Below, in pieces: positions 20,748 through 30,410 of a stretch of DNA of 64,000 bases. The DNA is taken from the IMG/VR virus record IMGVR_UViG_3300042348_000780; one strand, written 5' to 3'. The translations under genes and the position numbers were made by a program. The notes beneath the pieces were generated by a model. That model ran no database searches, was not told where the DNA came from, and saw only the letters and a program-made list of their open reading frames with translations. The stretch comes from a virus. Position 1 is the stretch's first letter; every line of letters begins with the position of its first letter.

Positions 20748-21080
20748 ATGGGATTTAAAAACGATTTTTTAAATTATCCTGTAAAAGTATTTTTCTCAAA
20801 TACAATACGTAGTGGTGATGCAAATGATTTTGTTGTTATTACAACAGATGTATTAAATGTAAATACATCACTAGCAAATGTCGGTTTCCTAATAAAAAAT
20901 ATAGGAACCGATTCTGATTGTTATTTTTTTGTCAAACACTCTAATAACAATCACGGTAGTAATACTGGATTTAGAGTCAATATTGGAGAAAGTATTTTTG
21001 TAGAGTGTAATAATATATCTGATGTTTATATAAAATCAAATACGGCTCAAGAAATTTCATATCAAGTAATTGGAAATTAA
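20748..21080 (+). CDS. Small beta-rich putative virion protein (paralog family A)
   Basis: GFLIKN...HGSNTGF...GESIFVE. Confidence 0.6.
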   Translation: MGFKNDFLNYPVKVFFSNTIRSGDANDFVVITTDVLNVNTSLANVGFLIKNIGTDSDCYFFVKHSNNNHGSNTGFRVNIGESIFVECNNISDVYIKSNTAQEISYQVIGN

Positions 21081-21089
21081 AGGAAAAAC

Positions 21090-24000
21090 ATGTCAAAAAA
21101 TCCTGGAAGTATTTCAGAGCAAAAAAGTCCACAGACTTATATTCCATCTGCAAATCCATATAATTTAAGTAATGTTGGAGCACCAACACAATATAATAGT
21201 GCTACTGTACCAGTGACTTATAATGGTTTTAAATGGAGTTTTAGTTCTCCTGTGACATGGGGTAGATTTGTTTCTGGAGAACCATATATTATTCTTCCTG
21301 CCGCTGGTGTTATGGTAACTGGTGTATCTTATGAAAATACACCTGGTGTTTATGAAAATTGTCCAATTCTAAAAACTGGTTACACCAGTGAGGCTGGTCA
21401 ATTAAATAATGTTGGTATTACCATGTGGGTAAATGGTTCCATGAAGAATCCAGTTCCGTGGTATCATATTGAATTATTAAATTGGTCATTAGCAACAATT
21501 GGTACTACCATCCAAAAATGGTCATATGATGAAAGATATAGCAATAATATTAATTTAATTAAGGGATGGACAGTAATAAAGGATATAGATGAATCAAAAT
21601 TCCCAATGAGTGAATTTTTACGATTCCCAGTTGGTTTGTCTGCTGGTGATGTTCTTGTTACCACAAAATCAAATTTCAATGCAAATTGGCAACAAAGCAA
21701 TAGGCCACAGGGGGTGGCTAGATTTGTTGCTTTTACTGATCCATGGATGAGTCGTTTAGGTATAGAAAAATATGGAATTTTAACATCCATACCACAAGGT
21801 AAAGGTCCAACCTATGCTGATTGTTATAGACCACCTGTAATGTGGAATGGATCTTCATTCTCTGATAGACCAATATTCTATCGTAGAGATATGGTGAAGA
21901 ATACAGAAGATTACTTGTTGAGTATCCCTGAGAAAAATGTTTATGGCGAAGATATAAATTTGAATAGCACAAGTATTCAACAAGAATTCAATAATTGGAA
22001 TGACAAGATCACCAATTATTGGAAATCTTCAGTTATGCCATATCATTCCCATCACCATCGTCAAGGTGCTGTTGGTGCTTATGATGTTTACAACTCAACA
22101 CCAAATGAAACAAAATATGGTTATCACGGCTATAGCTGTAAAATTATCGATCAGACTGCACAATCAATATTTGTTCCTTGGGTATCAAGGACAAATAGAC
22201 AAAAAGCCTTAGATAAATTTACACAATATGGTATAGATAGCTGGGGGATGATTAATGCTGGTGGTGCTGCTGCTGGTAACGGTGGTCATAATCAAGGTAT
22301 ATTTGTTCCATCATTAGCATTTTTAGGTTGGGTGTATGATAGAAATGATATCAAACAATGGCACAATAATAAACAATTATTAGATAAGTTAAAATCAACA
22401 CAAATTCACCAAACAACTGGTGCTTCTATACCTGGTATTTCTGGTGGAAGATGGGCTATAGGACAAATACAAGTTCCTTCCGACTTTTATGTAAAATCTC
22501 TTGTTTCCCAAGATTACAACCAAAGAGTCAAACTTTTTGGTTCAGCCGTTACAAATAAGCAAGGATTTACTCATGCTACACTAACTAATTCAGATATTGA
22601 TCTATATCATGGTTTAACATATCCAAGTGTAGCATCAGGAGCAACTGGTGAGGGGTGGGGATATAAGCTGACAGGTATAACCTGTGCATTTGCATATAGT
22701 GTTCCATCATTAGAACTAACTGGTCAAATTGTTTCAGGTAATTTCGGTGTTATTGTTGCTCATAGAGACTTTGTTGGTAGACTTAATGGACTTGGACCAA
22801 AATCAAATAAATCTGGTCCAGCAGAATTACCATTGAAGTTGAATTCAAATGGCTACTTGATGAAGAAAGGTTTTCATTCAGAAGATGATGTTACTGATTA
22901 CTGGGGCTTTACATCACAAACATTAGTTGGTTCAAAGATAAAAATAACTTCTGGTCCTGGTGCTGGAAATACAGCATATGAAATTCTAGATGTAAAAAAT
23001 ACTTTCGTAGATAGAGGAAGTCTTCAGGCTGGTGATGAAGAAACAGAACAAACAGTAACAAACACAAACCTACAAAAATTACAATATGCTTCATTTATAT
23101 TGGATCGTGATTTCGATGATAATGTTGTTCCTACAAGTGAATCAACATTTAAGATTTATCCAGCTGAAAATAATTACTCAGGGTGGGGATTCTATGCAAA
23201 TCCATGGTTACAAGGATACACATACAATATGAATCTTACAACCATATACAATCAACATAACTACAATGATATTGCAGATGAAAATATCATGAAGTTTGCA
23301 GCAATGTATAATTGGTTAGGTATCACTCACGAACAATATATGGTTGATTATATCAAGGATCTATATTGGAATACAGCCATTCCATCATATATAAGACGTA
23401 GAAAAATTTTAGGTGGACCATATCTAGGTTCATTATATGATTCTTCAAATATAGTTGGTGGCAACGTAATTGTTCAAATGTTAGGAATTACTGGCGCAAC
23501 ATTCTTACCAAGATCAATAAATTTGAATGATTTGGCTGGAATCAACGACACAGTGCCTGCTTTAGATTTAAATGGAATTACACTTGAATTTATTCCTGAA
23601 CCAATTACAAATTATACAGTAGTAAATGGAAGTGGAATAAGTTATTCTGGCTACGGTAAGATATTCAATACTCCACAGACACCGTTTAAGATTGATGCAA
23701 TTATCGATGATAAGATTTTCATTAATCCATCATTCTCATCATTGTACACTTTAATTAGCAGATTCAAGGCAAAGAATGGTCCTTTCTTGAGTGATGATTT
23801 GATCACCGAAACACAAGAAACAGACAATCAATATAAAGACAGATATGCAATTTATAACTTTTTAAGTAAGAGAGATTTTACTAATGTCAACAATGTAGTA
23901 AGTAGTGCTGAATATTTAAGAAATATTCCATCACTGCAAACTTTAAATCAGACAAATACTAAATTAAATCTTACCTTTATTAGTAATCAATATGGAGTTG

Positions 24001-24926
24001 CTGGTGCAGCTGGCATATTACCAAATAATGGTGAAACTAATCTATTAACTACCTCCTATGGTATGAGAGCGATTACTAGAAATGGCAATTTGCTCATAAT
24101 AGTGATGGATACAGAGACAGTGCGTGGAACTATAGATTTAAATGATATTTGGTACTGTGTTGCAAATCCAACAATTGCTGTTGGAGCCACTGCAATGGCA
24201 GATGAATATATCATTTCAAATTGGAAGAAGGCAGAGAATGTATTTGGTTATTTTGCTGGCACTAATATTGGCTTCTACACAAATGATCTTCCTGCATCTG
24301 GATCATTGATACCAAACTATAATCCAAGTGCAACCGATGATAAATTAATATTCTTCAAATATTTAACAAAATTAAATATTGCAGATACTCAAAATATGAT
24401 TTCTGTTGTACCAGCTCCAACTGGTATTACACAATCACAATGGAGTAATATTAATTCAATAAATTATGCTGGTTGGACATTCTCAGATGCCTATAAGATT
24501 CATAAGATAGATTCAATAATAACAAACAATACCCCAGGAAATGCTGGTTATTTTAGATACAACTTCATTAATTCAACAGCAAATGATTATAGAAGATATG
24601 CATATAATACATTTAGATTGTGGTATAATAACTTTATTGACATGGAAACCATCCGTGGTATTCCAACATTCAGTATAAGACAAGAAGTTGATACTAATGT
24701 CTTTGAACAGATGGATATGTCGGTCGAGAAGTTAACATTGAATGAAACCATATTGAGTAATGAATTCTATAATCCAAAGGGTAGAAATATTTTAAATTCT
24801 GGTGTTATAGGTAGTGATTATGAACATAATGGATTCTATAACACATATATTCATGGACTTACATTCAATTTATTACTTCCACAGACTCCACATACATTGT
24901 TATGGTGTTCAGGGGCTACAATTTAA
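21090..24926 (+). CDS. Large (1278 aa) hypothetical protein, probably virion-associated
   Basis: Long ORF in a late operon, rich in G/T/N/Y; no recognised catalytic motif. Confidence 0.6.
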   Translation: MSKNPGSISEQKSPQTYIPSANPYNLSNVGAPTQYNSATVPVTYNGFKWSFSSPVTWGRFVSGEPYIILPAAGVMVTGVSYENTPGVYENCPILKTGYTSEAGQLNNVGITMWVNGSMKNPVPWYHIELLNWSLATIGTTIQKWSYDERYSNNINLIKGWTVIKDIDESKFPMSEFLRFPVGLSAGDVLVTTKSNFNANWQQSNRPQGVARFVAFTDPWMSRLGIEKYGILTSIPQGKGPTYADCYRPPVMWNGSSFSDRPIFYRRDMVKNTEDYLLSIPEKNVYGEDINLNSTSIQQEFNNWNDKITNYWKSSVMPYHSHHHRQGAVGAYDVYNSTPNETKYGYHGYSCKIIDQTAQSIFVPWVSRTNRQKALDKFTQYGIDSWGMINAGGAAAGNGGHNQGIFVPSLAFLGWVYDRNDIKQWHNNKQLLDKLKSTQIHQTTGASIPGISGGRWAIGQIQVPSDFYVKSLVSQDYNQRVKLFGSAVTNKQGFTHATLTNSDIDLYHGLTYPSVASGATGEGWGYKLTGITCAFAYSVPSLELTGQIVSGNFGVIVAHRDFVGRLNGLGPKSNKSGPAELPLKLNSNGYLMKKGFHSEDDVTDYWGFTSQTLVGSKIKITSGPGAGNTAYEILDVKNTFVDRGSLQAGDEETEQTVTNTNLQKLQYASFILDRDFDDNVVPTSESTFKIYPAENNYSGWGFYANPWLQGYTYNMNLTTIYNQHNYNDIADENIMKFAAMYNWLGITHEQYMVDYIKDLYWNTAIPSYIRRRKILGGPYLGSLYDSSNIVGGNVIVQMLGITGATFLPRSINLNDLAGINDTVPALDLNGITLEFIPEPITNYTVVNGSGISYSGYGKIFNTPQTPFKIDAIIDDKIFINPSFSSLYTLISRFKAKNGPFLSDDLITETQETDNQYKDRYAIYNFLSKRDFTNVNNVVSSAEYLRNIPSLQTLNQTNTKLNLTFISNQYGVAGAAGILPNNGETNLLTTSYGMRAITRNGNLLIIVMDTETVRGTIDLNDIWYCVANPTIAVGATAMADEYIISNWKKAENVFGYFAGTNIGFYTNDLPASGSLIPNYNPSATDDKLIFFKYLTKLNIADTQNMISVVPAPTGITQSQWSNINSINYAGWTFSDAYKIHKIDSIITNNTPGNAGYFRYNFINSTANDYRRYAYNTFRLWYNNFIDMETIRGIPTFSIRQEVDTNVFEQMDMSVEKLTLNETILSNEFYNPKGRNILNSGVIGSDYEHNGFYNTYIHGLTFNLLLPQTPHTLLWCSGATI

Positions 24927-24937
24927 CAGAGGATAAT

Positions 24938-25255
24938 ATGTCAAAAAATATAACACAAGTCATAAATCCACCGAAATTAATGATAACATTGTCTTTATCG
25001 AATGATGATTTTCAATATTTGACAGATTTAGTTTCTGTTGATTTTAGTTCAATAAATAATGGTGTTTTCATCAAAAATAATTCAACTGTTTCTGGTCAAA
25101 ATGTTTCTGTAAAAATTGCCAATGTTACAAACGTAGCAAATACAATTGAATTAATTAATGATGATAATATTTTTATTGAACTTGATACTATATCGAATCT
25201 TCAATTAAAGGGTGATTCGACTACACCAAGATCAGTAAGTATTTTTGTTAATTAA
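24938..25255 (+). CDS. Small beta-rich putative virion protein (paralog family A)
   Basis: GVFIKNN...IFIE...NLQLK; GAGG RBS. Confidence 0.55.
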   Translation: MSKNITQVINPPKLMITLSLSNDDFQYLTDLVSVDFSSINNGVFIKNNSTVSGQNVSVKIANVTNVANTIELINDDNIFIELDTISNLQLKGDSTTPRSVSIFVN

Positions 25256-25268
25256 TTAGCAAATTCAT

Positions 25269-25304
25269 GAAAACACGGAGAAGAAATTCTCCGTGTTTTC
25301 TTTT
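25269..25304 (+). terminator. Rho-independent terminator
   Basis: GAAAACACGGAGAA-GAAA-TTCTCCGTGTTTTC followed by a T-run. Confidence 0.88.
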
Positions 25305-25311
25305 ATAAATA
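25304..25311 (+). promoter_or_regulatory. T4-type late promoter TATAAATA
   Basis: Exact consensus; ATG at 25318. Confidence 0.7.
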
Positions 25312-25317
25312 TTCATA

Positions 25318-26484
25318 ATGCCTTTAAATTTTCCAGCAAATCCTATGACTGGTGCTACATTTTCATTTGAAAATGTGTCATGGACATATAATGGATATGC
25401 TTGGCAGAGATTAGTTGGTCCAACTGGAGCAATAGGTCCAATTGGTCCAACTGGATCTCAAGGTATTCAGGGTCCAACAGGTCCAACAGGATCTCAGGGT
25501 CCAACAGGTCCAACAGGATCTCAGGGTATTCAGGGGCCAACAGGTCCAACAGGATCTCAGGGTATTCAGGGTCCAACAGGATCTCAAGGTGTATCAGGTG
25601 CAATAAGTTTTACTTCATCAACTACAGCACCCGCAGGAGCCACATACGGCGATATGTGGTTCAACACCACAAGCGGAAATATATTTGTTTATATTACAGA
25701 CGGAACATCTTCCTATTGGGTTGAACCATTTGGTCCTCAAGGAGCAACAGGTGCTAATGGAACAAATGGAGTAAGTGGTGCTACTGGTGCTACAGGAGCA
25801 ACAGGTTTTCAAGGTAATACTGGTGCAACAGGTTCTCAAGGTGTTACAGGTGCCACTGGTCCCCAAGGTGCAACAGGTACCGCAGGTTCAGGTGTTGCTG
25901 GTAACAACGATGTCGGTGTGATGTATTTGAAAAATAATGCTGTCGAGACAGTAATTTCCGTAATCAACCAGCGTCAGGTTGTTTCGGGAACTATGCAAAC
26001 GGGAGCCTTATACAATTTTATCAAAGATCCCTCGACTAACTCGTTAAAATATACAGGTAGTGGTGGAAGATTCCATGCTATAGCAACCTTCGACTTTTTT
26101 AGCGAAGTTAGCAACAACACATGTGGATTCTACATCGGAAAGAACACAGATCCTGCTAGTGGTCTGAGTGCGGATGCTGACAGAATCTCGGAATCAGAAA
26201 TTTATGTTGACTGTTCATCATCGTCTAAACCAGTTGCGGGTGCTATTCAGACAATAGTTGATCTTGAGACGGATGATCGTATCTTCTTTATTGTGCAGAA
26301 CAAAAGTGCCGCAAAGAATATTACTGTTGAGTTTATGAAGTTTATAGCAGTTCCCTTGACATCCGAACGCGGAGCAACGGGAGCAACAGGTGCAACTCCA
26401 ACAAATATTGTAAATTCCGTCAACGGTCAAACAGGTGCAGTTCAATATATCGTAGACTTCAAGAGAGGATGGTTCTTCCTATGA
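25318..26484 (+). CDS. Collagen-like fibre protein
   Basis: MPLNFP N-terminus, two Gly-X-Y tracts (GPT/GSQ/GIQ and GAT), [11 protein letters not shown] motif. Confidence 0.8.
   Translation: MPLNFPANPMTGATFSFENVSWTYNGYAWQRLVGPTGAIGPIGPTGSQGIQGPTGPTGSQGPTGPTGSQGIQGPTGPTGSQGIQGPTGSQGVSGAISFTSSTTAPAGATYGDMWFNTTSGNIFVYITDGTSSYWVEPFGPQGATGANGTNGVSGATGATGATGFQGNTGATGSQGVTGATGPQGATGTAGSGVAGNNDVGVMYLKNNAVETVISVINQRQVVSGTMQTGALYNFIKDPSTNSLKYTGSGGRFHAIATFDFFSEVSNNTCGFYIGKNTDPASGLSADADRISESEIYVDCSSSSKPVAGAIQTIVDLETDDRIFFIVQNKSAAKNITVEFMKFIAVPLTSERGATGATGATPTNIVNSVNGQTGAVQYIVDFKRGWFFL
25417..25590 (+). repeat. Collagen Gly-X-Y coding tandem repeat (9-nt units)
   Basis: Repeated ggtccaaca / ggatctcag / ggtattcag. 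Confidence 0.9.
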
Positions 26485-27365
26485 GAAGATGGCGATTAAA
26501 CTCTGGTTACAATGGAACAACAGATCAACGCCGAACTCAGGCGGGAACCATTCCTATGTTGAAGCATTACATGGAGAGAGATGTGGGATTGTTTTTTAAT
26601 ACTGTTGCTGTTGGGTGGACGCCTGCCAATCTTACTTCTATTGCTTGTTGGTTAGACGCAGCAGACATAAACACAATCACCCTTAATGAAACTACTGTTT
26701 CTCAATGGAACGACAAGAGTGGAAACGAAAGACACGCAACACAAGCGAATGCAGCAAATCAACCAACATATATTTCTAATGGAATGAACTCATTAGGACT
26801 CATTGATTGGGATGGTTTAAACGATTCAATGACGATAAGTGGAGGAATAACACCATTACATTCAGAATTATCGGGAGACAATACTTATAGCATGGCATGG
26901 GCAGTAAAGCCAGATACAATCAGCGGTCAAGAAGTTTTGCTTTATGTGCCAGAAGGTAGTTGGAAATTCTTAGTTGAAATCAAAAGTGATGGAGGATTGT
27001 ATTGGGGAGATACTACATCCAACTACAGAACATATAATGGAGGATCATTCTTCGTAATTAATACTGGAACTTTCTTTACGCTAATCAAGACAGGATTGGG
27101 TGCTGGAACTGCCCATGTAGGAGGAACCCTCAACACTAGTTTTACAAATAATGGTGGTCTGGGTGATACTCCTTCATTAGGCGCAGCATTTATTTTGGGT
27201 CAATATCCTGGTCTATTCTACAATGGTAAGATGGCAGAAATCATTATATCAAATTATTCTTGGGATACACCTGAAAGACAACGAGTCGAAGGATATCTTG
27301 CACACAAATGGGGATTACAAGCAAATCTTCCCAATGATCACCCGTACAAATCCTCCGCACCATAA
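26481..27365 (+). CDS. Putative virion lectin/LamG-like fibre-tip protein
   Basis: WLDAAD...[23 protein letters not shown]; ATGA overlap with the upstream gene. Confidence 0.65.
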   Translation: MRRWRLNSGYNGTTDQRRTQAGTIPMLKHYMERDVGLFFNTVAVGWTPANLTSIACWLDAADINTITLNETTVSQWNDKSGNERHATQANAANQPTYISNGMNSLGLIDWDGLNDSMTISGGITPLHSELSGDNTYSMAWAVKPDTISGQEVLLYVPEGSWKFLVEIKSDGGLYWGDTTSNYRTYNGGSFFVINTGTFFTLIKTGLGAGTAHVGGTLNTSFTNNGGLGDTPSLGAAFILGQYPGLFYNGKMAEIIISNYSWDTPERQRVEGYLAHKWGLQANLPNDHPYKSSAP

Positions 27366-27381
27366 GCGTAAATACTAACAA

Positions 27382-28446
27382 ATGCCAATACAATTTCCAC
27401 CATCTCCATCAGTAAACCAAGAATACACCTACGAAGGAAAGGTGTGGGCATGGGATGGTTCTTCATGGGTTGGTGTGCGTCAAGAAACAGGAGTACAAAA
27501 AAGTAATATCTGGGCAAAGCAGAATCTTCTAATTCCTAAACGAGGATTCGGATTAAACTCTGGTTACAATGGAACAACAGATCAACGCCGTACAAAGGCA
27601 GGAACCATTCCTAGTCTGAAGCATTACATGGAGAGAGATTTAAATGAGTTTATTAATACTGTTGTTATTCCTGGTACTGAATGGACACCCGCAAACATTT
27701 CTACTGTCTTTTGGTTAGATGCAGCAGACTCTAGTACAATCACTATTGCAACAGGTGTTGCAACATGGGCAGATAAAAGTGGAAATTCAGTAAACGCAAC
27801 CCAAGCAACTACAACACTTCAACCATCATACTCTGCAACCGCTTTTCCTGGTTCGTTGCCAGGAGTTTTATTTGATGGTGTAGATGACATAATGGATATT
27901 TCTACTATAGCCATGAGAAACCAAACACACGGCGTGTATTGGGTTTTTTCAAGAAGTGGTGCAGGAAGTGGTGCTGATGGTTATAGAACAATTATTGGTG
28001 GAAGAGCATCTGCGGGAACTGGAACTGACCGAGGTGCATTGCACTATATAAAAATTGCTAATGATTTTGGTGCATCTTATCCTTTCTTCCAAGGACCTAC
28101 AACCGTCAGTTATGATCTGTCAGCAGGAATAGCATATTCAAATAGTACAGGAAATGTAATGTCATTTCAAAGCAATACCACGGGATGGGGCGTATGGAGA
28201 AATGGAACTTTGGAAGGCACAACAAACAATATTGTAACACCCGATGCTACTAATATTGGATATTCTATTGGTGGGCAGTACAACACCTCAAGACGAATGC
28301 ATGGTGTAATGGGGGAATTAATTATGGTGGAAACCACAGATACCACTACAAGACAAAAAATCGAAGGATACCTTGCACACAAATGGGGACTGCAAGCAAA
28401 TCTTCCAGTAGATCACCCGTACAAATCCTCCGCACCAACAGTATAA
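27382..28446 (+). CDS. Putative virion lectin/LamG-like protein, paralog of 26481..27365
   Basis: MPIQFP N-terminus, [22 protein letters not shown]. Confidence 0.65.
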   Translation: MPIQFPPSPSVNQEYTYEGKVWAWDGSSWVGVRQETGVQKSNIWAKQNLLIPKRGFGLNSGYNGTTDQRRTKAGTIPSLKHYMERDLNEFINTVVIPGTEWTPANISTVFWLDAADSSTITIATGVATWADKSGNSVNATQATTTLQPSYSATAFPGSLPGVLFDGVDDIMDISTIAMRNQTHGVYWVFSRSGAGSGADGYRTIIGGRASAGTGTDRGALHYIKIANDFGASYPFFQGPTTVSYDLSAGIAYSNSTGNVMSFQSNTTGWGVWRNGTLEGTTNNIVTPDATNIGYSIGGQYNTSRRMHGVMGELIMVETTDTTTRQKIEGYLAHKWGLQANLPVDHPYKSSAPTV

Positions 28447-28449
28447 ATA
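28442..28449 (+). promoter_or_regulatory. T4-type late promoter TATAAATA
   Basis: Exact consensus. Confidence 0.6.
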
Positions 28450-28464
28450 TAAAGAGATAAATTC

Positions 28465-28785
28465 ATGCCCGACATATACCTCAACTACGCAACATCAATC
28501 GGAACCACTGGTGCAAGCACAATCTATGCTGGCATCACAGGTACTGCCATTATCAATGGCATCCATGTTGCAAACACAAGCACTAGCACAGCAAACTCTG
28601 TTTCCATTCAGTTGTTCAAGGGAGCAACAGGATACTACATTGTTCGTGCAGCAGCAGTTCCGATTCAGTCAACATATCAAGCACTAGACACACCTATTCC
28701 GTTAATAACAGGAGATACACTCAAGGCAACAGCAGGAGCAACTGCTGGTCTTGATATAATTGTATCAGTATTGGAGTCAACCTAA
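28465..28785 (+). CDS. Small putative virion protein
   Basis: Beta-rich, in a late operon. Confidence 0.6.
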   Translation: MPDIYLNYATSIGTTGASTIYAGITGTAIINGIHVANTSTSTANSVSIQLFKGATGYYIVRAAAVPIQSTYQALDTPIPLITGDTLKATAGATAGLDIIVSVLEST

Positions 28786-29093
28786 TGGCATTACAGCAGA
28801 TAATTCAACATGAGACAGGTTCATACTCGCAATATTGGCGAGTTGTTCGTACAAGTTTAAACTATGATATTTTACGAGGAGAAATAGTTCTCTATGGATA
28901 TGTCTCACAACAAGCGCGTGAGTCTGGAAAGACCAAACTAGATTCTCGTACATTTTCAGTGACGACAGAAGATTTCAATACTTATTTTATTCCTTCTGCA
29001 ATCGATCCACAAGATATCAATCAAGTTAAAAATTCTTACTTGTATATTAAAGGTATCAGTGGTGGAGAATTTTCGACAGCAACAGATATTTAA
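28785..29093 (+). CDS. Hypothetical protein (possible fibre assembly chaperone)
   Basis: MAL...YWRV...YLYIK...EF..A.D pattern seen next to fibre genes. Confidence 0.55.
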   Translation: MALQQIIQHETGSYSQYWRVVRTSLNYDILRGEIVLYGYVSQQARESGKTKLDSRTFSVTTEDFNTYFIPSAIDPQDINQVKNSYLYIKGISGGEFSTATDI

Positions 29094-29104
29094 AGGAAAA
29101 TGCT

Positions 29105-29347
29105 ATACCAGCATCAAGATATGACATATACACAGAACAAGGATCTACTTTTAAACTGCATTTACACTACAAATATTCTGGTGGAACTGGATATACTGGT
29201 GGTATTTTTATTCGTGCTGATGCGACAACTATGAAAAATACACCATATGGAAAGCATTTTTATGATCTGGAATTGACAAATAGTCTTGGAGAGGTTCAAA
29301 GACTCATTGAAGGTAGTTTTGAAATATCAAGAGAAATTACGAGATAA
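29105..29347 (+). pseudogene. Degenerate copy of 33085..33516 (ATG changed to ATA, in-frame internal deletion)
   Basis: Reads (I)PASRYDIYTEQGSTFKLHLHYKYSGGTG/YTGGIFIR...RLIEGSFEISREITR*; 63 codons shorter than the intact copy. Confidence 0.8.
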
Positions 29348-29366
29348 TTGACGGCGGACTTTATTG

Positions 29367-30410
29367 ATGTCGGATACATCTATAACCATAACACAACAAG
29401 GTCAAGCAAGAACTATTACAGCAATAGCACCTGGAGTAGCATTATCTGGACCACAAGGAATACAAGGTCCAACTGGTGAACAAGGTTCAAGAGGTGCTAC
29501 TGGTCCAACTGGTGCTTCTAATTTATATGAATTATTAGATGTTTCTATTGATCCAGAAACAGATTATCTTGATGGTAGGATATTAATCTATAGAACATCT
29601 GAAAATAAATGGAAAGTAGAAGATAACACAAATTTCTTTCTTCCTGCAAATAATGGTGCTACTGGTCCAACAGGTCCAACAGGATCTCAAGGTATTCAGG
29701 GTCCAACAGGATCTCAGGGTATTCAGGGTCCAACAGGATCTCAGGGTATTCAGGGTCCAACAGGTCCAACAGGATCTCAGGGTATTCAGGGTCCAACAGG
29801 ATCTCAGGGTATTCAGGGTCCAACAGGTCCAACAGGATCTCAGGGTATTCAGGGTCCAACAGGATCTCAGGGTATTCATGGTCCACCAGGTCCAACAGGA
29901 TCTCAGGGTCCAACAGGTCCAACAGGATCTCAGGGTATTCAGGGTGTCACAGGTGCTACGGGTGCTACAGGATCTCAAGGCATTCAAGGTGTCACGGGTG
30001 CTACAGGATCTCAAGGCATTCAAGGTGTCACAGGTGCTACGGGTGCTACAGGTCCAACCGAAGACAACATAACTCTATTCATTGATGCAACTCCAGATGA
30101 CATCACAACAGGGAACAAAGGTTATAAGCAGATTGCATATAACTGCGAGGCAATTGAATGGTATGTAATTTCAGGACAAACTGGCAGTATTGAGTTTGAT
30201 ATCAAGAAATCATCATTTGCTAACTACCCATCTACAACATCAATAGTCGGTTCAGATTATCCAGGATTCAGTGGAGCAATGAAGGACTCCAATACTGGAA
30301 TCACCGCATGGAGTGGTTTATCGGCAGGAGATATAATTGATTTTGTAATAAATAGTAATACGGGTGTGCAGAGTGTTGGATTGTTTATAAAGATCAGGAG
30401 AACATCGTGA
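29367..30410 (+). CDS. Collagen-like fibre protein
   Basis: Long Gly-X-Y tract and a C-terminal beta domain; start placed at ATG 29367. Confidence 0.8.
   Translation: MSDTSITITQQGQARTITAIAPGVALSGPQGIQGPTGEQGSRGATGPTGASNLYELLDVSIDPETDYLDGRILIYRTSENKWKVEDNTNFFLPANNGATGPTGPTGSQGIQGPTGSQGIQGPTGSQGIQGPTGPTGSQGIQGPTGSQGIQGPTGPTGSQGIQGPTGSQGIHGPPGPTGSQGPTGPTGSQGIQGVTGATGATGSQGIQGVTGATGSQGIQGVTGATGATGPTEDNITLFIDATPDDITTGNKGYKQIAYNCEAIEWYVISGQTGSIEFDIKKSSFANYPSTTSIVGSDYPGFSGAMKDSNTGITAWSGLSAGDIIDFVINSNTGVQSVGLFIKIRRTS
29655..30057 (+). repeat. Collagen Gly-X-Y coding tandem repeat
   Basis: Repeated ggtccaacaggatctcagggtattcag. Confidence 0.9.

Noticed and set aside
26481-28446. Diversity-generating retroelement (TR/VR pair)
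   Set aside because: Differences between the repeats are not adenine-specific, both copies are coding, and there is no reverse transcriptase in the window.
25355-30072. Alternative-frame and antisense ORFs with [18 protein letters not shown] or TLRSCW repeats
   Set aside because: Shadow translations of the collagen Gly-X-Y repeats; no independent start signals.
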